NCBI GenBank assembly: GCA_039804105.1
Contig: JBDRZU010000001.1
Coordinates: forward strand, 416,001 to 480,000
Reading direction: 5' to 3'
Source of the DNA: a candidate division WOR-3 bacterium
GTDB taxonomy: Bacteria > Hydrothermota > 32-111
Length of the DNA: 64,000 nucleotides
The translations under genes and the position numbers were made by a program. The notes beneath the pieces were generated by a model. The model saw only the letters and a program-made list of their open reading frames with translations. It ran no database searches and had not been told where the DNA came from. Below are positions 38,288-45,278 of the stretch, piece after piece; the stretch's first letter is position 1, and every line of letters starts with the position of its first letter.

Positions 38288-40957
38288 ATGGGAGAAAATA
38301 AAAATATTTATAATCTTTTTGTCCCCGATATCTTTAAACAACTGAAAAACGAAAGTAAAATTTTTGATTCTTTTAACTGCTCTTCAATCTTTGTCGATAT
38401 TTCAGGATTCACAGCGATGAGTGAGAAACTTTCAAAACTTGGGAAAGAAGGATCAGAAGAGGTTAACAAAATTTTAAACTCTTATTTTGAAAATCTTGTA
38501 AAAATTACTTATTCGTATGGTGGTGATATTTATCGATTCGCCGGAGATGCTTTTTTTGCAATTTTCAAAGAGGATAACAAATTTTCATTAGATTCAAGAG
38601 AGAGAAGTTTGAACTGTTCTTATGATATTTTAAAGTATGTGAAAAAGAATGAGAATATAAAAACAAAAAATGGAAAGTTCAAAATCGGAGTTCATATATC
38701 ACTTGATTATGGAAAGGTGAACTTTTTTGATTTAAAATCAACATTTTTTGCAGGTGGTAAACCTTTAAACAAACTTATAGAACTATCCGACATTGCTAAA
38801 AAAGGTGAAATTATAACCACAACAGAGTTTAAAGAAGTAAAAAATTTTGTTTTCGAATCTGAAGGTGATTACTATAAAGTTTTGAGAAGAAAAAAGACCT
38901 CAAAATTCCAGATAGATCAGGATAAAAAAAATTTTCACGAAAACATTTTAGATGATTACATCCCTGTTTGGCTGAAGGAAAGGTTAAAATTAAAAAACAC
39001 TATTGATAGCAAGGATGGGGAACATAGAAAAATTTCTGTTATTTTCATACATCTGCCTCAAATTGACTATGAAAATGAACAGGAAAAAAGTTTACAATTT
39101 TTAAAAAACTATTACGAGATTATAAAAGAGTACTGTGAAAAATATGAGGGTATAATAACAAGCATAGATCCATACAAAGATGGAGAGAGATTTTTAATAA
39201 TATTTGGTTTCCCCAAAACCTATGAGGACTCTGAAATAAGATCTCTACTATTTTTAAACGATTTAAAACATGACTCAAGAATAGATTTTTCAAAACTCAA
39301 GGCAGGTGTGAATTCTGATTATGTTTTCGTTTCAATAATCGGAGGAAAAGAACGATATGAGTACACTGTTCTTGGAGATGGAGTTAACCTTGCTGCAAGA
39401 ATCGCAGCAAAATCGGAAACTGGACTTGTTTTGGTAAGTGAGAATATTTTTAATAAAACATACCATTATTTCAATTTCAAAAATTTTGGAGATCTTGAAC
39501 TGAAAGGAAAAGAAAAAAAAGAAAAGACATTTATACTTGAAAATAAAAAGGAATTGAAAAAAGAGAATATCACAAGATGGATATCACAAACGGAAAAAAT
39601 AATTGGAAGAGATCAAGAGATAAAAAGAATTGAAGAAACTTTTTCAAAAGTCAAAAATGGAAACGGATACATACTTTCAATAAGTGGAGAACCTGGAATC
39701 GGAAAATCAAGGCTCGTTGAAGAGATGATTAAAATTTCATCTGAAAATGAATTTTTAATTTTTAAAGGAGAATGCTTTTCCTATGGAAGTTCATTTTCAT
39801 ACCATCCATGGATTGAAATCTTGAAGGAAATTTTTGATTTAAAGCCCACCGATGATAGTTCAGCAAAAGAACAAAAGATTTTAAAATCTCTTGAAAATTT
39901 TGATCAGGAATTAAAAGAATGGGCTGCATTATTTGGGGAACTTTTAGGAATAACATTTCACGACCAATCAAACTTGAAATATCTCGATACAAAACTGAAA
40001 AAACAAAAAACTTTTGATGTTATAACCAAACTCCTATTGGAACTCTCAATGAAAAAACCTTTAAACATTATACTTGAGGATTTCCACTGGGCTGATTCAA
40101 TATCTTTTGAACTTTTCAATTTTGTTTCGAATAAAATTTCAGATCACAAAATTCTTTTAACTCTTGTTTACAGACCATCAAAGGATCTTGAGAATGCAGA
40201 AAAAAAATTCCAAACTGAAAAGATAGTGTTAAAAGAATTATCAAAAGAGGACTCTTTAAAACTCGTTAAAAACTTGCTCAACATTGAAAACATCTCCGAA
40301 AATTTTAAAGAACTGATCATCAAGAAATCTCAAGGAAATCCATTCTATATCGAGGAACTTGTGAAATCATTGATAGAACAGGGATATATAGAAGAAGCAG
40401 AAAATCAGTGGGAATTTAAGGGTGATATAGAACAACTCGTTCTTCCTGAAAGTGTTGAGTCGATCATCCAATCAAGAATAGATACTCTCGATTTTACAGA
40501 TCGAGATGTTATACAAACAGCATCAGTTTTAGGCAGAGAGGTTGACCTTGATATACTTGAAAACATTTATGAGAACAAAAAATTGTTAGAAGAGTCATTA
40601 AAAAATCTCGAAAGGTTTGATCTGATAAAAAAAAGTGAAACAGGTAAAAACACTTACTATTTTAAGCATATCCTGACACAGGAGGTTGCTTATGGAACAT
40701 TGTCGTTTGCAAAAAAAGAGGAGTTGCACAACAGAATAGGAAACTTTATTGAGGAAAAATATATAGATAATCTTGATGATTTCTATGAACTATTATCACA
40801 TCATTATTTTCATGCTAAAAATTATGAAAAATCCTTGCTTTACTCATATCACGCAGGAGAAAAAGCAAAAAAGATATATGCGAATGAGGATGCTATAAAA
40901 TATTTTACAAGAGCGATAGATTCCTATAAAAATTTAAAGAAAAATGTTACAAGGTAA
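38288..40957 (+). CDS. Tandem class III adenylate/guanylate cyclase domains plus AAA/STAND ATPase, lacking the TPR array
   Basis: C1: FVDISGFT and FAGDA. C2: EYTVLGDGVNLAARIA. ATPase: IIGRDQE, GEPGIGKSRL, ILEDFHWAD, SQGNPFYIEE, ASVLGRE, YFKHIL, YANEDAIKYF. Confidence 0.93.
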   Translation: MGENKNIYNLFVPDIFKQLKNESKIFDSFNCSSIFVDISGFTAMSEKLSKLGKEGSEEVNKILNSYFENLVKITYSYGGDIYRFAGDAFFAIFKEDNKFSLDSRERSLNCSYDILKYVKKNENIKTKNGKFKIGVHISLDYGKVNFFDLKSTFFAGGKPLNKLIELSDIAKKGEIITTTEFKEVKNFVFESEGDYYKVLRRKKTSKFQIDQDKKNFHENILDDYIPVWLKERLKLKNTIDSKDGEHRKISVIFIHLPQIDYENEQEKSLQFLKNYYEIIKEYCEKYEGIITSIDPYKDGERFLIIFGFPKTYEDSEIRSLLFLNDLKHDSRIDFSKLKAGVNSDYVFVSIIGGKERYEYTVLGDGVNLAARIAAKSETGLVLVSENIFNKTYHYFNFKNFGDLELKGKEKKEKTFILENKKELKKENITRWISQTEKIIGRDQEIKRIEETFSKVKNGNGYILSISGEPGIGKSRLVEEMIKISSENEFLIFKGECFSYGSSFSYHPWIEILKEIFDLKPTDDSSAKEQKILKSLENFDQELKEWAALFGELLGITFHDQSNLKYLDTKLKKQKTFDVITKLLLELSMKKPLNIILEDFHWADSISFELFNFVSNKISDHKILLTLVYRPSKDLENAEKKFQTEKIVLKELSKEDSLKLVKNLLNIENISENFKELIIKKSQGNPFYIEELVKSLIEQGYIEEAENQWEFKGDIEQLVLPESVESIIQSRIDTLDFTDRDVIQTASVLGREVDLDILENIYENKKLLEESLKNLERFDLIKKSETGKNTYYFKHILTQEVAYGTLSFAKKEELHNRIGNFIEEKYIDNLDDFYELLSHHYFHAKNYEKSLLYSYHAGEKAKKIYANEDAIKYFTRAIDSYKNLKKNVTR

Positions 40958-42332
40958 TGATCTAAAAGTTCTATATATAAAATCATTGATTTTAAGATCA
41001 GATGTCTATTCGCTGATTTCTGATAATAAAAATGCTTTAAAAGATATTAACGAAGCAAATAAAGAGATAAAAAAATTCAATGATCTGAAACTTCTTACAG
41101 ATATATTAATTCAGGAAAGTCAAATATACTTTTCACTTTCAAATTATGAAAAATCAAAAGTTCTGATTTTAAAAGCACAGAATCTCTCAAAAAAAAGAAA
41201 AGACAAATACGATCTTGCAAAATGTTATAATAGATTGGGTAACATATACAACTTAACAGGTGATTATAAAAAAAGTTTAAAATATTATTTAAAATCACTT
41301 GAAATTGCAAAAAACTTAAAACAACTTGAAGGGATAAGCGGAAGATACAATAATATTGGGTCAATCTATTACTATCTTGGAAACAACAAAAAAGCACTTG
41401 AGTATTATAAAAAATCACTCGAAATAAAATTGAAATTCAATGAGCCAAAAAGCATCGCTGTTACCTATAACAATATTGCAGTTGTCTATGAGAATTTGAA
41501 CGAATATAAGAAAGCTCTTGAATATTTTTTAAAAACAAAAGAATTACTTGAAAAAATTGGTTCTCCACTTGAAAAAGCAAGAAATCTTACAAACATTGGG
41601 AATATATACCTCGATATGGAAAAGTATGATAACGCACTCGAACTTTTTGAACAAGCAAAAAACATACAGGAAGAAATAAACGATAAACATGGTTTAACAC
41701 TCTCATATTACAACATTGCAACTGCAAAAACATATAAAGGAAATATCGATCAGGCAATAGAATTTTTAGAAAAATCTAATGAGATTGCAAATGAAGTAAA
41801 AGATTTAAGAAGATTGGGAATAAATCTTGTGGATATGGGATATCTTTACTTTGAACTCGAAGATTTAAAAAAAGTTGAAGAAATTTTAAAACAGGTTTTC
41901 TTTTATGTTAAAAAAGTTAACATTCCAGATCTGACTTTATGGTATCAAAATCTTTCAACAGAACTCTTTTTGAAGAAAAAGAATTTAAAAAAGGCTGAAA
42001 ATTTTTTGAAGTTATCTGAAAAAGTTTTAAAAAAATTCAATATTGAAAAAGAAAAAGCAAGATTTTTGGTTACAAAATCTAAATTCCTTGCTGCAAAAGG
42101 AGATTTTCAAACCGCAATAAATGAGATTAAAGAAGGTATGAAAATCTATCAAAAGATAAAAGACAATTTCAGTTTTTACAAATCATACATTGTTCTTTTA
42201 ACATACCTCTCACAAAAAGATAAAAAACTTTTTTCTGAGAAAGATTTCAAAAAAATAAAAAAATATTTTAAGAGTATTGATAATAAATTTTTTATAACTA
42301 AAATTGAATCACTTGAAAAGGAGTTGTTATGA
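40944..42332 (+). CDS. Tetratricopeptide repeat protein overlapping the cyclase-ATPase stop
   Basis: YNRLGNIY, YNNIGSIY and YNNIAVVY repeats; 14-nt overlap with the upstream gene. Confidence 0.9.
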   Translation: MLQGNDLKVLYIKSLILRSDVYSLISDNKNALKDINEANKEIKKFNDLKLLTDILIQESQIYFSLSNYEKSKVLILKAQNLSKKRKDKYDLAKCYNRLGNIYNLTGDYKKSLKYYLKSLEIAKNLKQLEGISGRYNNIGSIYYYLGNNKKALEYYKKSLEIKLKFNEPKSIAVTYNNIAVVYENLNEYKKALEYFLKTKELLEKIGSPLEKARNLTNIGNIYLDMEKYDNALELFEQAKNIQEEINDKHGLTLSYYNIATAKTYKGNIDQAIEFLEKSNEIANEVKDLRRLGINLVDMGYLYFELEDLKKVEEILKQVFFYVKKVNIPDLTLWYQNLSTELFLKKKNLKKAENFLKLSEKVLKKFNIEKEKARFLVTKSKFLAAKGDFQTAINEIKEGMKIYQKIKDNFSFYKSYIVLLTYLSQKDKKLFSEKDFKKIKKYFKSIDNKFFITKIESLEKELL

Positions 42333-43063
42333 AAAAATTTTTATTGTTTACTATAGTAATTTGGGCAATAATTTTTCATGCCGAAACAGAAAAGGAGATT
42401 TTACAAAAGATTGAAAATAAATATTCTTCATACTCAGATATAAAAAGTATGCAGGCAACATATAAAAGTATATTTTTCAGTAACGATATGAAAGTTCCAA
42501 TGACAACAAACATCTGGGTAAAAGACAAAAAGATGAAGTTGGACATAATCCCTGACAAATCGGAAATTGAAGATGTAGAACAGATGGCAACAACAATAAT
42601 AAATGATGGAGAAAATATTTTTCTTGTAAATCCAATCGTTGGGAAAGTTAAATTAAGTGAAAAGGAAAAAGAAAATTACATTCAGGATAAAGGGCTTCTA
42701 TGGTGGAAACAATTGAGTAAAGAATACAAATATTTAAAAGATCATGAAAACTCTTATGTTTTTCAGAAAAAATCAAACGGTTCGCTCATTTTTATTGACA
42801 AAAAAAATCTGTTCCTTGTTAAAACTGTTGATTATCAGAATGAAAATCAGGATACGGTTATCATGGTTATGAGTGATTACAAACAGATCGACTCAAAATA
42901 TTATATGCCTTTCTTAATAACAGCAACCTTAGATGGCCAAAAGATTATGGAGATGAAAACACAAAAAATAGATATCAATATAAAAATCGATGATTCAGTA
43001 TTTGAAGTAAAAGCAACCAAAGAGATGGATATAAATGATCTGATCAATAAGTATTCTAAATGA
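42329..43063 (+). CDS. LolA-like outer-membrane lipoprotein-sorting family protein
   Basis: Signal peptide, IWVKDKKMKLD, SDYKQID..MPF..INIKIDDSVF; AAGGAG SD. Confidence 0.7.
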   Translation: MKKFLLFTIVIWAIIFHAETEKEILQKIENKYSSYSDIKSMQATYKSIFFSNDMKVPMTTNIWVKDKKMKLDIIPDKSEIEDVEQMATTIINDGENIFLVNPIVGKVKLSEKEKENYIQDKGLLWWKQLSKEYKYLKDHENSYVFQKKSNGSLIFIDKKNLFLVKTVDYQNENQDTVIMVMSDYKQIDSKYYMPFLITATLDGQKIMEMKTQKIDINIKIDDSVFEVKATKEMDINDLINKYSK

Positions 43064-43312
43064 TCACTCTTTTTCCATCGCTTCTTCAGGGATTATTATA
43101 ATAATAAAATCTTTGTTTAACTGCATTAGATCGGTTTTAAAAATTCTCCCATCTGAAGTTCTAACTTCTGCATCAGTCACAGGAATGAAAGGTTTTGCGA
43201 TATTGTTTAAAAAATCTGTCAACCTTCCACCTGGTGGTATGTGAACAAAACCTCTAACCTCTGAATTTGTTGTAAATATTAAAGATTTTACTTTTTCCCT
43301 TTCAAAAGCCAT
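43064..43312 (-). CDS. Small conserved hypothetical protein (DUF6812-like)
   Basis: VRGFVHIPPGGRLTDFLN..FIPVTDAEV; GGAGG SD. Confidence 0.65.
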   Translation of the reverse strand: MAFEREKVKSLIFTTNSEVRGFVHIPPGGRLTDFLNNIAKPFIPVTDAEVRTSDGRIFKTDLMQLNKDFIIIIIPEEAMEKE

Positions 43313-43320
43313 TTTTCCTC

Positions 43321-43770
43321 CTAATAGGTTAAACCTTTTTTCATCTTTTCACTTCTTGTTTCACTCATCAATATAAACTCTCCTTCACTCTCAGCACACA
43401 CTGATTCATCGGCATCCTTTAAAACTGCTATCGTAATGGTTTTATTATCAAGTTTTTCTTTCAAATGACTCTCAACTTTGTATTTTAATCCAGATTTAAC
43501 AGGTTTCAAAAAATTGACCCTAATACTTTTTGTTAAAGCCATCTTTCCGGTTAACTCTATATTCGCCCATGCCATCGCTTCATCAAGAACCATCGTAACG
43601 ATTCCACCATGGATTATGTTGTCATATCCGATATAATTTTTATCAAAAACCACTTCTGCAAAAACAAAATTTTTTCCCTCGTTGAGATAAAAATCAAGTT
43701 TCAGTCCTACCGGATTTTTTTTCCCACACACAACACATCCATCAAAATACGGTAATTTTTTATACCTCAT
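43321..43770 (-). CDS. PaaI family thioesterase
   Basis: CVVCGKKNPVGL, IHGGIVTMVLDEAM, VNFLKPV. Confidence 0.9.
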   Translation of the reverse strand: MRYKKLPYFDGCVVCGKKNPVGLKLDFYLNEGKNFVFAEVVFDKNYIGYDNIIHGGIVTMVLDEAMAWANIELTGKMALTKSIRVNFLKPVKSGLKYKVESHLKEKLDNKTITIAVLKDADESVCAESEGEFILMSETRSEKMKKGLTY

Positions 43771-44548
43771 AACACTCCCTCCTTCTATCTTTAAAAATAT
43801 CGTTTAAATTATTTATCTTTTTATCCCTTGATTTTTTCAGATCTATCTCTGTAATAAAAATATTTTCATCTCGTTCCTTTGCCCTAAAGATTATTTCTCC
43901 TTGTGGAGAAACTATCTGACTCTGCCCTGTGAATTTGTATTCTTTTTCTTTTCCAATCCTATTTGCGGTTACAGAGTAAATTCGATTTTCCAAAGATCTT
44001 GTTATCATCGCATTTTGACAGTAAGGCATCACAAGGTTTGATGGATGAGCCAAAATATCTGCACCTTTTAAAGCGAGAGTTCTTGCTGCCTCAGGGAAAA
44101 TCCAATCAAAACAGATCATCATTCCAATCTTCATACCATCAACATCTATTACAAAAAACCCTGTATCCCCTTTTCTGAAAAGTTTTTTTTCGTTAAAAAA
44201 TAAATGTGTTTTTCTATACACATACCTTTTACCTGAAGAGGTTATAGCGATCGCCGAATTGTAAAGATCATTTTTTTCTTTCTCTGAAAAACCAAGAACT
44301 ATCGTTTTTGAATCTTTTTCACAAAGATAAACAAGATCATCAAAAATTTTATCATCTTTTTTAAACGATAATTTTTTCAATTCGTTTTTGTTTTCAAAAG
44401 CATATCCTGAAAGTGAAAGTTCAGGAAACACAAGAAGGTCAAAAGAGCTTTCTTTTGTGATTTTTATGATTTTATCTAAATTCTTCTCAACCTGTTTATG
44501 TTCAATTTTTAATTGGGCAAAACCGACTTTATATTGACTTCTCTTCAT
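43760..44548 (-). CDS. Nitrilase-related carbon-nitrogen hydrolase
   Basis: VFPEL, YRKTHL and ICFDWIFPE (E-K-C triad). True start is MKRSQY at 44548; the longer ORF overlaps cobB. Confidence 0.92.
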   Translation of the reverse strand: MKRSQYKVGFAQLKIEHKQVEKNLDKIIKITKESSFDLLVFPELSLSGYAFENKNELKKLSFKKDDKIFDDLVYLCEKDSKTIVLGFSEKEKNDLYNSAIAITSSGKRYVYRKTHLFFNEKKLFRKGDTGFFVIDVDGMKIGMMICFDWIFPEAARTLALKGADILAHPSNLVMPYCQNAMITRSLENRIYSVTANRIGKEKEYKFTGQSQIVSPQGEIIFRAKERDENIFITEIDLKKSRDKKINNLNDIFKDRRRECYEV

Positions 44549-44570
44549 AATATTTATATTATAGTAAGAT

Positions 44571-45278
44571 ATGCAAATTTCAATATCTTCAAACGATACA
44601 GTTTTTGTTCTAACCGGCGCAGGCATAAGTGCAGAAAGTGGACTCTCGACTTTCAGGGATTCAGGTGGACTTTGGGAGCAATACAATATTGAAGATGTTG
44701 CAACTCCAGAAGCGTTCCAAAAAAACCCTGCGCTTGTTTGGGAGTTTTATTCAAAAAGAAGAAAACAATTAAAAGAAGTTGTGCCAAACAAAGCACATTT
44801 CGCTCTTGCTGATTTTCAGAAAAAACACCCAAAAACTTACATCGTAACCCAGAATGTAGATGATCTACATGAACGAGCAGGATCATCAAAAGTTATACAT
44901 ATGCACGGAAGTTTACTAAGAATCAAATGCACAAGATGTTTTTATTTCGAAGAACATTTAGATGATGTTGAAGGAATACCTAAATGTAAAAAATGTGGAA
45001 ACATTTTAAGGCCTGATATCGTCTGGTTTGGAGAAGTCCCATATTTTTTAAATGAAATCTATGAACTTTTATCGAAAACAAAACTTTTTGTTGGAATTGG
45101 AACAAGCGGTCAGGTCTACCCTGCTGCTGCTTTTGTTTCGATTGCTAAAAAATTCAAAGCAAAAACAGTTTTTTTAAACAAGGAAAGTATTTATAATGAG
45201 GATATAGATATATTTATTGAGGGAAACGCGACAGAAATCGTTGAAAAATTTTTTACAGGTATAAAAATTTTAGAATGA
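44571..45278 (+). CDS. cobB: NAD-dependent protein deacylase (sirtuin)
   Basis: TGAGISAESG..TFR, YSKRR, TQNVDDLHERAG, HG, CxxC..CxxC, RPDIVWFGE, GTSG.VYPAA. Confidence 0.93.
   Translation: MQISISSNDTVFVLTGAGISAESGLSTFRDSGGLWEQYNIEDVATPEAFQKNPALVWEFYSKRRKQLKEVVPNKAHFALADFQKKHPKTYIVTQNVDDLHERAGSSKVIHMHGSLLRIKCTRCFYFEEHLDDVEGIPKCKKCGNILRPDIVWFGEVPYFLNEIYELLSKTKLFVGIGTSGQVYPAAAFVSIAKKFKAKTVFLNKESIYNEDIDIFIEGNATEIVEKFFTGIKILE

Noticed and set aside
44549..44686. N-terminal extension of the nitrilase ORF
   Set aside because: It is the antisense of the cobB 5' end; nitrilase-like sequence begins at MKRSQY (44548).
44571..45278. Sirtuin as an anti-phage SIR2 effector
   Set aside because: Typical CobB with Zn-binding Cys pairs and a YxxR pocket, in a housekeeping context.
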